From Raillietiella orientalis (Eukaryota): a stretch of DNA of 64,000 nt. The stretch is taken from assembly GCA_036172245.1 (NCBI GenBank), contig JAYWIR010000028.1, positions 2,666,001-2,730,000 of the forward strand, given 5' to 3'. The notes under the pieces are model-generated. The model was given only the letters and a program-made list of their open reading frames with translations. It was not told the DNA's origin and did no database searches. Below, piece by piece: positions 41,231-54,852 of this stretch. The position numbers and the translations under genes were made by a program. How positions within the stretch are numbered: position 1 is the stretch's first letter; each line of letters begins with the position of its first letter.

Positions 41231-43425
41231 AGCTTTCATGATCTCGTTTATGTAGCGTTTATCTGCCTTAATTACCCATTCTGTGAAGGGTTTGTGTAGA
41301 ACTTGAAACAATTAAAATACCCTTTCTGCAAAGCAATCTTGTAAAGTTGTCTCGGGGAAATTTGCGGGCATGTCTTCCATGAAACTTAGAGCAGGTTGCG
41401 CTACTGGGAAATAAAGTATGAAGTTTTTTGTATTTGCGATGAACTATAAATTCCATAACCGAACAAAACCGCTTGGCTGACTTCATTCGATTCATAGCTA
41501 TTAATTTCAATATGTTTTCATGCTATTGAAGTACATATCTCAATTTCTAAAAGAAAATGTTCCTTAAAATTCATGTGAAAAGTGCATTTGATTAATTTTT
41601 AGACCTATCCCGAAACCTAAATATGCATTTAGTCCTTAAGAGTTATAAATTTTTTGTATTAAAGCATAAAAGTGCCTCTGTGCATTAGTTCATTTTCTTA
41701 ATGTTTGTTGATCATTACAGTTCAAGGCATCACATGAGTACCATTTTGGAAACCGATATTGAACTTTCATCTTCCAAGAATTCAGCTAGGCTACCAACTG
41801 CACAGTGCCCCCGAACTGCAAAAACCGCTCCTTTTGAAAAACAAATGTAACATTAATAGAAAAGATGTTCCTCGTACACATTATAATTAGAATTCTTGGT
41901 TCTTTGTGAGGATATTTAAATACATACATGACTGCCTACTTAGATTAGCTCGTGTATTGCACTATAGACTTTCAGTCAAGATTCTTTTTACCAGAGGTAG
42001 TGTGCGAATGAAGGAGGCAAAGTTGCAATAATTTACATCTAAATTTATAACATGCAGCTAAATTACTTACTATGTTGCAAACAGAAACCAATTAATTGAC
42101 AGAATAATCGCGTGACCATATGAAAGGCACTTGACTCTCAAGCATGAGCAAGCATTGTGTTTTGGCTGATACATGAAAAAAATGATACGTTTGCTCCGAA
42201 TTCATAGACATGTAAAACCAGTATGCCGACCAGCATATAACTATAGCGTCAGATGGTGATATTGATACTTTTTATACTATGAATACTTTTCATTAAATCG
42301 AGATACGCTTATAATAGAGTAACTGAAAAACGAATCATCAAATTTTTTTCACTTCCCCTAAAAGCTCTTTTTAAAAACTATATGCAAAAAAACAATATGA
42401 CTGTTACAGACATTAAAAACAAATTTGGTGTTCACCCGTGTTCCTCGTTTGGTGATCTCAAATCAGCAATAAGGGTGATCTCAACCAGCAAGTTTTTTTA
42501 CAACGAGTTTTTCAACGATGTTCTTTTTTTTTCTCCAAGAAAACACAGGGAACCCTATTTTTGCATCAATTCAAGAATTATAGGATAATGTGTAAAAAAC
42601 TGCTCTCAGTTCACAATTACTGGTTGCTAATTATCATTAATCAGCACCACAGTTTATGAAGTCCTTTATGTAAATTTTCATCAGATTTTAAATCACATCA
42701 AATACTGATAAAGGGATAATATAGAATTCCTATTGGATATCAAACGAAACTGTTGGGAAAGGTTACAACACTATTTGTGAAAATGAAGAAAAAGTTATCT
42801 CTGATGCATATAAGCATATTAATTTCTAAAGTGCTAAGTCAAAAATTGAAAAATCAAGCAATACTAAATACAAATTTGTCTTAACATGCTGCCTATCTTA
42901 ACATTAAGATTTTTCAGTTCATCTTCAGCAATAGATGCTTTTTTCATCAGTTTATAAATTTGTAATGTGTAATTCTAATTATGTATATGGTTTAAATGTG
43001 AATCGTAAAAAATAACATAAACGGTTATATAAATCTCATGGTGTAAAAACTGAAATTTACAGCTCGATCATGTTTTTGATGTCATATACTCAAATAGTTC
43101 GAGACATAAAAAACTTGTTATATTGTTCATTTGTTCGCAATAATAAATACTTTTTCCTAAACTTTCATTTGTTTTTTTATGAACTTTGATTTTTATTAGT
43201 TTCGAAATTTCTTTCGCAGCTGGTGACTATAAGGGGTATCCCTGTTTGTTGAAGTTCTATCTTGTGGCATTTGCTACAGTGCAGTTAGGTAAACAGATCC
43301 GTGTGCTACTTCTGAAAGTGTTCGTGCATAAGTTTATATGATAATGATGGTGGTTTCTGTGAAGGTAATTCTCAGTTTTGTAAACTGAATTGTCAGTTTC
43401 TTGTGTGCATCAGATTTGAAAAGAT

Positions 43426-46400
43426 ATGGCCGATTACATTGATAAAGAGGCCGAAGAAAGTGAAGAAGAGGTTGAGGAGTACGATGAGGATGAGAGAAGG
43501 AGATTGAAAAAGCTCAGAGAGGAAAGTGAAGAGGAGGATATTGAAGGTACACATACTTTTCTATTATTTAAAACTGGTATTTCAGTTAGAGATCACGTTG
43601 AAAGTCAGCATTAAAAGCTTTTGGATGTTTCAATTTTTTAGGTATTCATTGATAAGACGCTTTATGTTTAATTCATTTTTACTATTTGATTTGGAGATCT
43701 TTCTCTTCTAAAGCATTTTAAAACTATTTTCCAGTGTATTTCCATATGTTGTGTTTAATGATAATTTCTACCACATGCAGGTAATGTGTTTTATTTACCT
43801 TTTGCTTCTTGGTAGAGAGTAGTGCATTTAGCAGAAAATAATTTCGTGCTATGAAAGTATGCTTACACAGTAGTAGTTTTTATAATGTTGTGTACTCGTA
43901 AACGGTAAGCGATTAAATTTTATTTTATTGGTTTTTTTTCTTCTTTTTAATGGAGTTGTGCATGTTAATCCATAAGGAAACATGCGCTAGAAGAAAATAC
44001 GGAAAGAAAATAATTCAGACTAAAAGAAGCAGTTAAAATCTTATAGTGTTACTGACAAGTTACAGCGTGGGGATTATCTTTCCGATATAATTTAGCACAC
44101 GATCGTAGTGGTTGTTAGATTCAGTAATGATTGCTGTATGCATCACTAACTGAAGACAGTATGATCACGGCTTAAATATTTAGCCTATAAGTTCATTTCT
44201 TTTTCATTCATGTGCATGTTTTCTAATAAGATAGAGATATTTTAAAATATTGGGTGTAATTCGGTTTTTGTTTGAAGAATACTAACTTTTGACTGGATCC
44301 GAAAAACATTCAAGATAACAATGAATAAAAGAGACACATTGAATATTTCCAGATATAGCATTCATTCAGAAGTGGATCCAAGTAAACCCTGTATTAAGAG
44401 TACCCTAGAATTATGTCGTAAAATATTACCCATGCACAAAGATGAATGATTTCCATTTAAGTTTTCTTGTTGACACTAACTTATTTTTGATATTTTTAGT
44501 CCTAACTTTTTACATTGTTGAGACATTCAGTGATCAGTATTAAAATGTGATCTCATATGCACGAAACATTTTGTGTAAATGTCTATAGTTACATAAAATT
44601 TGGTTTTAAAATGTAAATATTATTCGTATGAGAAAAATAAGAATATGAAAAAGAAGACAAGAAAAATGTAATTAGTGCCTGACAGCAGGTAATCGTATTA
44701 AATATCAGAGCAAAAAAGTGTAATTAATGATATTTCATGATTGGGGATAAAAGCGTAAGAAATATACATGTATGCTTGTATAAAATACATAATAAAAATG
44801 CATACGAATTTGTATTGGTTGTTTATTAAATGTTAGTGATTTCTGTTCGCTTGCAGAATGAGGAGCATTTTAAAAGTTCTTACTTGCCCAAGAGAACTAG
44901 CTTTTATGAAATAAAGTGGTTTGTTATTCATAAGTTTATGTTACTTGTACTTATATGCACTGAATTTTGGAAAGCTTGTGGGCTAATTGTTCCAAGACTA
45001 GATCTTTGAATGAATGGATTTGCAATGGATGTAATCTGTCATTTACTTTTGAGTTGTATTTCTAATGGAATGCATTTCTGGATTATTAGTCATGGTTTTT
45101 TAGTTTTTTATCAGCCATATTTGGTCAGTTTTATATCATGACCTTGTAAGCATGATTTGTAGTTGCTAATTCACCATTAAACATTAGTGTTTAGTTTATA
45201 AAAGTTAGAAAGATTTAAACTGTGATAACTGAGCCATTTGAGGAAGTGACGTGTGATATTAATTTTGTTGAACACTGTTTTTGTTCATTTGACATTTTTA
45301 TTTTGCTGTAATTATCCTTCACACAAATGTAAAAAAAAAAAGTGATCCAACAGTTTTTTTTTGTTCTTAGATGATGAAGAACGTCTTCAAGAAGAATTAA
45401 AGGATTTGATTGATGACAATCCTATTGATGATAGTGATAGCGATCGGGAAAATAATAAACGTAAACGGTATGCTGATGAAGACGATTATGACAATCTAGA
45501 TGATCATTTGGATGAAGAGGATCTAGATTTGTTAGAAGAAAATTTAGGGGTGAAGATCGATAGGGTAAGTGGAGATCCTTTGCTTTATCTTGCTTTATTG
45601 CTTAGAAAGCCTATTAATTTTAATTACAAACTTCTATGCAATTGTTGTATGCTCAGAAACACTGGATGGAAGCAAATTGTAGATTTTCTTCAGTTATTTG
45701 CTTGCAAAAATAGCTATTGTACTTGTGTCTATTTTATTATTTTACTTTTAAATAACTGAAAGTTGTGTTTCTGATTATGCATTATAAGAATTTCAGTTTC
45801 TTTTTTGAAGACTTTTGAATGAAGCTTTTTGAGGCTTTTTTTGAGACCTTTGGATGGTTAAATGAAGTAAGAATACCATGATCTGTGTTTATGTTAATTC
45901 TAAGAGAACTTGTGTGAATCTTTTGATATCTGTAGCTGTCTTTTTGGCAATTAAATTAAACAGCACTATTGAGAGTTTTTCTCTGGATCTTGCATGTATT
46001 TTCTCATTTTTCAAAAAGTAAGACGGTAAAGTATTGTTTTCTTATGGTGCTAATGTTTCTTTGTTTCCTTATTTTTGTAAACCATATCAGAGGTGTCACT
46101 CCATGAAATTTCCTTTGAATTCTTAGAATTCATAGGAGTGTAGATTTTGAGTTATGGTTTGGGTAGCATTTAAAGCTAATGGATTTTCTTTTTTTTTTTT
46201 TCAATGATGGTGACAAACAGCTTCAATTTCAATGTATGAATTAAACACACAAATTGAATGCTAATCCTGAAAGGGAATGTGTTAGTAATTGGTTACATCA
46301 TAATATATTCATTGTTAGGTACCTGTTTTTTGTTTTGAATAGGTCGTGTTTATTTTTCTAGTTGAACATTGCTTTAACTATGAAAGTTCTGATAACTGCA

Positions 46401-49400
46401 GGAATTCGCTTCACAAAAATGAGTTTTTCATAGTTATTTAATTTGGTTTTGTTTTTCCTGCGTACTTTGTTTCTATGCCTTTTGGTCGGATTTGTCGAAT
46501 CACAAGTGTTTTTCCTAATGTGCAGTTAGTATGTTCTCTCAGACATTGGTTTCTAGTTTTTATGAATATCTATTAAGTGTATCCACCCACAGAATCTGAT
46601 CTGTCTCATATTATGGGCTTTATATAAACTTTTCTCCTTTTAAAATCTAATTATGTCCATAAAAATGTGTTTGGGTTATTCAAGATATGAATTCACATAA
46701 TGAATAATTGCAGTCAAAGTTGATTAGTTTTGTAAGGATTGTTTGCTTCACGTTTATTTTATGATTTCATTTAATGAAATCAAAATTGTAGTGACTTTCA
46801 GCTATATTACAGTGGTGTGTTTTAGTCTCTGTCCTTTGTTGAATAACTTTGATGATCAGTTTTTTCTAAATGCTGTTAGTAGCTATCCAAATTATGTCAG
46901 TTTCTTTTTGTCAAAATGGTACTGCTTTTGGCTTGCTGGTAATATAATAATTGTTTGTAGAATTTTTTTAAAATCAAATTGCTGCCTCATCTTATGTGAG
47001 TTAAATTAATTTCCTATAGTTTAAGTTTATTTTTGTATTTATTTTTGGACCCATTTGAAATTTAATTGAAATTTCATTTCTTGGGAAGCATAAATGTAAA
47101 TTGAAAATTTTGTGGTGTCCTGTTTTTTGAGGAAAAATAAAAATTCAATTTTTTTTTCATTTCTCAGTTAGCAAATGTCCTTAACAATATGATTGTATTT
47201 TTAGTAGTTTATTAACAATGTGGTTCTATTTTGAAGTTGTTTGTATACGAATGTTTCTTTCTAGCAAAAACGATTCAAAAGATTAAGACGGATAGAAGAT
47301 GCAGAAAGTGAAGATGAGCATCATAATGATGCTGAGGCTATTGCCAGTGAATTATTCGATGGCTCAGAAGAGGTAAGTATTTTTATTACTGAATCCAAAT
47401 GTATATTGATTTCGTGGTTATTTTAAGGATGATGACAAAGTCAAAGAAGAGAAGGATGATACTGATTTTCGAGAAAGATCAGATTCGGATGCTGATTATT
47501 CAGAAACCGATGACTTTATTGTTGATGATAAAGGAAGGCCAATCAATAGGCAGAAAAGAAAAAAGCATATTTTTACGGATGCGTGAGTATTTTAACTATG
47601 TTTTGGACCAATTTTAACAATTCCTTCAGTGCTCTTCAGGAGGCTCAAGATATTTTTGGCGTGGATTTCGATTACAATCAGTTTGATAAATATGATGGTG
47701 ACTATGATGAAGATATGGAAGAGGAAGAAGAGTATGAAGAGGAGGAGGATGTAGATAGGTACATTTGTGAAAATATCTATAATGTGTAAAACCTATCTTG
47801 CAGACCTAAGCCTAGAAGGTCGCGTAAAAAAAGTACACGTAAATCAATTTTTGAGCTCTATGAGCCAAGTGAATTGGAAAGAGGGCATTTCACTGATTTG
47901 GATAATGAGATTCGCATCACTGATTTGCCTGAACGTATGCAATGTCGTGCAATTCCTGTTACAGCTGCAGAAGAAGGCAGCAATGAGTTAGAAGAGGAAG
48001 CTGAATGGATTTATAAACATGCATTTTGTACACCACCCATCTCCAATCAGGTGAATAGAGAGAGATGAGTTGAGAGTTGCAATCATTTGCATAGGAGCAG
48101 TACCTAAGTGAGCGTAACAAACGAAGTTCCCATCTACCACATAAAATTCGCAAAGTACTAGATTTATTGAGGAATCAGTCATTGGAAGTTCCATTCATTG
48201 CCTTTTACCGAAAGGAATGTGTGCTTCCAGAACTTTCCATTAGTGATTTGTGGAAAATCTACCATTATGATGAAAAGGTAAGTTCGGTGAATGCTGTGTT
48301 TTATGTGAGAGAAATCATGCATTGTAGTGGTGTCAACTTAGAAGTAGAAAGAAAAATTTACTGAAACTTTTTGAAAAAATGGAGCAGTACCAAGCTTCAC
48401 AAATTTTGAAAGAGCCCAGCAAACCAATTCCAGACAACATGAAATTGGTTAAATCAGAAGATATGGAGAGGTACAATTATTTCTATTTGAAATTCTTTTA
48501 TGTTTGTGTAGATTTAGGAACATTGAAACCGTCGAGGAATTAAAGGATGTATACAGTTACTTTTTGCTGCATTATAGCCATGATATTCCTGGATTGCAGC
48601 ATTATAATCAACAAAAAAAATTGCAAGAAGATAAACTCAAGTTTAGAAGTAATAATGTTATGGATGTAGACGAAGAGGATTCCAGAAAAGAAGCAGAGGA
48701 TGAGTCAGAGCAAAACCACAAAGAGTTTATGGAGGAACTAGGAGGCCAGGATTCCATCAAGCAGGCGGTACGAAGAGATCCGTATAGTATTTTTCGTCGA
48801 GCAGGACTTGGTTAGTAGAAGGTGTACAATATTCAGAAAGTATCCAATGTTTTCAGAACGCCTGGTTCAAAGATTTGGGCTGACTCCAGAGCAGTTTGGT
48901 GAAAATCTTCGTGATAATTATCAGAGACATGAAGTAGACCAGGATCCCTGTGAGCCACTAGAAGCAGCCAAAGAGTTTGTGTCCAGGTGAAATTTACATA
49001 TTCGGTTGTGCTTGATATTACTGGATTCATCTTAAAGTCTTCTCCCAAATCCCGAAGATGTTTTGAAAGCAGCTCGTTTCATGGTGGCAATGCAGATTAG
49101 TTGCGATCCTACAGTTCGCAAATGTTCGCGTGAAACCTTCTATGAGAAAGCTGAAATCTCGGTAACACCAACGAGAAAAGGCCTTAAAGAAATCGATGAA
49201 AATCACTTCTGTTTTGGGTATGTTTCTGTGGCTTAGTTTTCTCCCTTTCTCTAATTGTATCATTTAGGATGAAATACTTGCATGAAAAACCAGTTCGTGA
49301 CTTAACTGGTGATCAGTTCCTAAAATTAGTGATGGCAGAATCCGATAAATTGATTACACTGAAAATCGGACAGAATATTCGGGGGAATATGAGCAATTGC

Positions 49401-52400
49401 TATTTGGAAGAGGTCAAGCAATATTATTACAAAGTAAGAGCTCTTACATGTAAAGGCTCTTTTTCATAACCACCTTCCTGCATAGGATGAATTTAGTCAT
49501 GCTGTACAAAAATGGAATTCTTTAAGAGGAGAAGTATTAGATGTTGCTTTTAACAGTCTTTTATTCCCTGTGTTTCGGAAAGAGCTCCATGCTCGGTTGC
49601 TAAATGAAGCTCGTCAGTGTATTCAAAATTTGAGTGCAAAAAAGCTGGCTAGTTGGCTGAAAGTAAGGTCAGACTCTTTAGTGGAATGTGTAACATTTCT
49701 CCTTTAGGTAGCACCATATAGCATTGAATACCCAGATGAGGAGGAAGAAGAATGGGATACCTCTAAAGGATTGAGAGTGATGGCTCTGGCATACAGTTTG
49801 GATGTTCAATTTGCCCCCTATTGTGCTTTGGTTAATCCTGAAGGTGAATGCTCATCGTTCCTTAAACTTTCCCATATTTTGAAGATGAAAAATTCCTGGA
49901 AGGAAGAAGATCGAATGGGAAAGGTTAGGCAAACAGGCATTTGAATGTAAAATAATTGTTATTTAGGAAAAAGATTTTGAATCAGTGAAAAACTTCGTAT
50001 ATAAGCACAAACCTCATGTCATCTGTATAAGTGGAGAATCTCGAGAGTCTGTGATGTTACTTAAGGATCTACAGGATATAGTTTCCCAACTGGCTGAAGA
50101 AGAGCAAATGCCACAGATTCCTGTTGAACTAGTGGACAATAATTTAGCCAAAGTCTTCGCCAATAGCATTCGGGGCGAGGTGGACATTAAGATCTTTCGT
50201 GTTTTCTCAGATAAAAGTTTTGTTTTCATTTCAGACTGAATTTCGAGATTTTCCTCCTCTGCTTCGTCAAGCAATTTCATTGGCTCGTCGCATCCAAGAT
50301 CCTCTGGTGGAATTTTCTCAGCTCTGTACAGTTGATGAGGAAGTAGTTTGTGTACAGTATCATCATTTGCAGGTGTGATTGAATTTATTTCTCCGATTTT
50401 TAATTTCATTTTGGGGATAGGATCAGTTGCCTAAGGATGCTTTGTTGGAGGTCTTGTACGAAGAATTTATCAACCAAACAAATGAAGTGGGCGTAGACAT
50501 TAATAAAGCTCTAGCTTCTATGCATGTAGCCAACTTGGTGCAATTCGTTGCTGGACTTGGCCCAAGAAAGGCTGCAGCCCTCTTAAAAACGTTGAAACAA
50601 GGAGGTTCTCGGCTCGAGAACCGTACACAGTTGGTCACTGTGTGTCATATGGGACCAAAAGTGTTCATCAATTGTGCTGGCTTCATCAAGATTGATACCA
50701 GTTCTCTAGGAGATAGGTGAGTGTGCAAATTCTTGCAGATTTTGCAGTTTGATCTTTTCTTAGCACTGAAGCATATGTGGAAGTATTAGATGGTTCTCGT
50801 GTGCATCCGGAGACGTATGAGTGGGCTAGGAAAATGGCTGTTGATGCCTTAGAGTACGATGAGATGCAGGAAGACACAAATCCAGCTGGGGCTTTGGAGG
50901 AGATTTTAGAATCTCCTGAGAAACTTAAAGATCTGGATTTGGATGCTTTTGCTGAAGAGCTTGAGCGCCAAGTAAGTAAGAATGCAAAGCAGAATCCATA
51001 AAGACAGTAATTCTGTAAGGGTTTTGGCAACAAAAATATCACTCTATATGATATTCGAGCTGAGCTGACTCATCGCTATAAAGATCTTAGAGTCCCATAC
51101 CAACCGCCCAATCCTGAAGAATTATTCAATATGCTCACCAAAGAAACCCCTGAAACTTTATACATCGGAAAAATGGTCTTGGCATATGTGACAGGTAGAT
51201 CATGTTTGGATTGTGAAATTACTGAATTCTGCTCAGGGATTGCTCACAGAAAACCTAAGGGCGAGCAGTTAGATAAAGCAAACCCTGTACGCAATGACGA
51301 AAATGGAATGTGGCAGTGTCCATTTTGCCTAAAGAGTGATTTTCAGGAGTTATCAGAAGTAAATCGTTAACAACCACGATAATTTCTTTGTTATTGAGAA
51401 CATGTCTTTGGTAGGTTTGGAACCACTTTGATGCAGGATCATGCCCTGGTCAGGCAGTTGGCATTCGTATTCGTTTGGATAATGGGATCCATGGTTTTAT
51501 CCCTATAAAATTTTTATCTGATAATAATGTTTCCAATCCTGAAGAACGAGTGCAAAGAGGTCAAGTCATCCATTGCCGTATCACAAAAATTGATGTAGAG
51601 AAATTTGCTATTGAGTGTACTAGTCGCAGTTCAGATCTGCTTGATAAAGATAATGAATGGAGGTCAGAATGCGTTGCAAAGTGCTTAACTGATATGGCGT
51701 TTCAGACCACCAAAAGATCTGTTTTATGATTATGACACTGAGGCCAAGGATTCAAAAAAAGAAGAAGATAAGAAAAAAGCCCAGATGCGTCAAACATATA
51801 TTAAACGGGTTATTGTACATCCATCATTCCACAATATTAACTTTAAAGAAACAGAAAAACTGTTAAATAGCATGGAGCAAGGAGAAGTGGTTTTTCGACC
51901 TTCCAGTAAAGGATCTGATCATTTGACTGTGACTTGGAAGGTCACTAATGGCATTTACCAACATATTGATATCCGTGAGGAAGGAAAGGAGAACGTTTTT
52001 AGTTTAGGGCAGTCACTTTGGATTGGTGAGATACAGTTCTATGCCTCCGGTTAACGAACTGGACATTTTAGAAAATGAGGAATTCGAAGATTTGGACGAA
52101 ATTGTTGCACGGCATATCAATCCTATGGCATCACACGCCAGGGATCTTCTTAATTTTCGCTATTATCAGGACACAGGTGGAGGGAATCGAGATAGAGCAG
52201 AAGAAATCCTGAAAGACGAAAAACGAAAAAATCCATCAAAAATACATTATTTTGTTTCGGCCTCCAAAGTACAAGTGCTTCCATTTTTAACCATTTTTAT
52301 TGAAAATTATTTTTTAGGAGTTGCCTGGAAAATTTATGCTATCTTACTTACCTCGTCAGAAACCTCGACATGAGTTCATAACAGTAACTCCTGAAGGATT

Positions 52401-54852
52401 TCGATTTCGTAATCATGTATTCGAAACTATTAATTCGTTGTTTAAGTAAGTTTTTATAAGTTTTCGATGTATTCACTGATGTCTTCTTTTTTTTTTTATT
52501 TAGGTGGTTCAAGGAGCATTTTCGGGATCCTATTCCACATACTCCCAATACACCCAAAGGAACACCCTTCTCCAACACGCACACGCCTTGCTATTCTGGT
52601 AAAAGTAAAATTGCAGGGTTGTGATGTTTTATGCATGCATTACAGTTGCTACTGGTATAATTCAACAAGGTCCTGGAATTCCAGATGCAGCACTTTTTAA
52701 CACACCACACTATTCTCACACCCCTGGTACTTATGGTGGTGCATACAGTTATGTGAACACTGTGAGTGCGAGAACTGATATATAAGAAATTAATTCTTTT
52801 TTGACCTCAGCCATACACACCCTCAGGACAGACCCCCTATATGACACCTTATCATACGCCTCATAATGCTCAAACACCTAGATATGGAGCCTCTACGCCG
52901 AAGTCGCATCCTTTTGTTCCAGGACCACATACCCCACTGAAGGAACAATTTTCTGTTCAGCATATGCCCAGAACCCCTAACCAGATCAGCACTCCCAACT
53001 GGCAAAGAACTCCGGATTCTTGGTCGAGCCAGAGGGGAAGGGGAGGACGAAGAAATTTTCGGTATTATTTTGTTGAATAATTGCTTTATGATTTGAATTC
53101 GCAGAAGTACGGGTCGATTTTCTGGCCAACCACGTGGTGGTTCCAAGTATCATCATGCTTCATATGGTGGAAAGAGTAGTAAGAGAGATCAACATAGTAT
53201 CTCTCATGATGGTGCTACAGCATCGTGGGCACCTTCATCTGCAACACACAGTGATGCCACTCCTCTTCACGATGAAGATGAATGGGCATCCTCTAACATG
53301 GAAACATCAGTTCAAAAATCAAATGATGAACAACATGCTTCTGCTGCAAAAGATCAGGAAGATGAGTGGGGTCCAGCTCCTGGCACTCAGAGTGCAGAAT
53401 CAACTGAAAAGGAAGCCCAGAAATCTACATCTGGTACTGTCCCTGACAAGGTAAGATGCCCCTAATAAACATCAATGTGCATGTGCATCTGGTTGAATTC
53501 ACAGCTTGCACATATGGATGAATGGTGCGATGATGATCCTAAGTCATCCAATGTTGACAAAAATGGATGGGATGGACGTGAAAAATCTGCTTCTAAGGTT
53601 CTATTGAACTTTAATGCCTCATTCTTATTCCAAACCTAGATGGACGAGTGGAATGATGACAGGCCATCGTTATCAGACGTGAACAAAGAGTCTGAGAAAT
53701 GGTGGGCACCTCCAGCAAGCCCTAAATCATTTCAGAAAGATGACTGGAGCCAAAGAAATCGCTCCACAGGAAAACGGTTTGGGGATCGAGGCCGATGGCA
53801 TAGGACGTCGAGTTTCCAAAAACGTGAACAAGATGCTGAATGGGGAGGATCTCAGAAAAATCAGTGGAGATCACCATCAGCCAACGCAACTTCTGATCGG
53901 AGTTCTGGTTCCAATTGGCAAAGGAATTCGGATTCCTGGTCCTCACAGCGAGGGAGAGGAGGACGACGTCATTTTCAGTATGTAAACCTGTCAGGACAAA
54001 TATGTATAGTCCATGTTTGTCAGTAGAAATTCCGGTCAATTTTCTGGCCAATCTTCCAGCAGTTCTAAATACCACCATACATCCTCATTTGGTGGGAAGA
54101 GTTCTAAAAGAGAACAATATAATTTATCTCATACTGATGACAATGTGGCTTCATGGGCACCCTCTCAGAGCAATTCTACTCCACTCCATGATGAAGATGC
54201 TTGGGAAAGTTTCAATCCGGATTCGAGCACTCAAAGTTCTAGCGGACATCAACATGCATCCACTGCAAAAGACCAGGAAGATGAGTGGGGTCCAGCTCCT
54301 GGCACCCAGAGTGCAGAATCAACTGAAAAGGAAGCCCAGAAATCTACATCTGGTACTGTCCCTGACAAGGTAAGATGCCCTTAATAAACATCAATGTGCA
54401 TGTGCATCTGGTTGAATTCACAGCTTGCACATATGGATGAATGGTGCGATGATGATCCTAAGACATCCAATGTTGACAAAAATGGATGGGATGGACGTGA
54501 AAAATCTGCTTCTAAGGTTCTATTGAACTTTAATGCCTCATTCTTATTCCAAACCTAGATGGACGAGTGGAATGATGACAGGTCACCATTATCAGACGTG
54601 AACAAAGAGTCTGAGAAATGGTGGGCACCTCCAGCAAGCCCTAAATCATTTCAGAAAGATGACTGGGGACAAAGAGGGCGTTCTTCTAGCAGAAGATTCA
54701 GTAATAGGGGAAAATGGAACAAGACATCCAGTTTTCAAAAACGGGAGCAAAACAGTGAATGGGGAAGTTCACAGAAAAATCAGTGGAGAACTCCACCTGT
54801 TAATGCTGCTACTAATGATGATGAATGGGGTTCACCACCATCATTTAAATAA
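43426..54852 (+). CDS. SUPT6H: Transcription elongation factor SPT6 with an unusually long C-terminal extension
   Basis: Acidic N-terminus [120 protein letters not shown]; tandem SH2 region [11 protein letters not shown]...[27 protein letters not shown]. Two long 5' introns (43547-45370, 45565-47264) are followed by many 41-58 nt GT-AG introns, and the frame stays open to TAA at 54850-54852. Confidence 0.95.
52995..54852 (+). repeat. Intragenic tandem duplication (~0.92 kb unit, 2 copies, 3 introns each) in the SPT6 3' end
   Basis: Unit 1 ~52995-53910, unit 2 ~53911-54852. The core offset is 919 nt (intron donors at 53451/54370 and 53598/54517). Confidence 0.95.

Noticed and set aside
42382..42588. 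ORF with a weak resemblance to L1/Tx1 post-RT sequence (IKNKFG...LKSAI)
   Set aside because: A single short motif with no supporting neighbours.
43547..47264. Possible intronic C/D snoRNAs in the two long SPT6 introns
   Set aside because: No convincing RTGATGA...CTGA pair with a terminal stem or rRNA-antisense element.
52995..54852. SPT6 3' repeat considered as a CRISPR-like array or a separate downstream gene
   Set aside because: Eukaryotic context with only two long units, and the exons splice in frame with SPT6 without an intervening stop.
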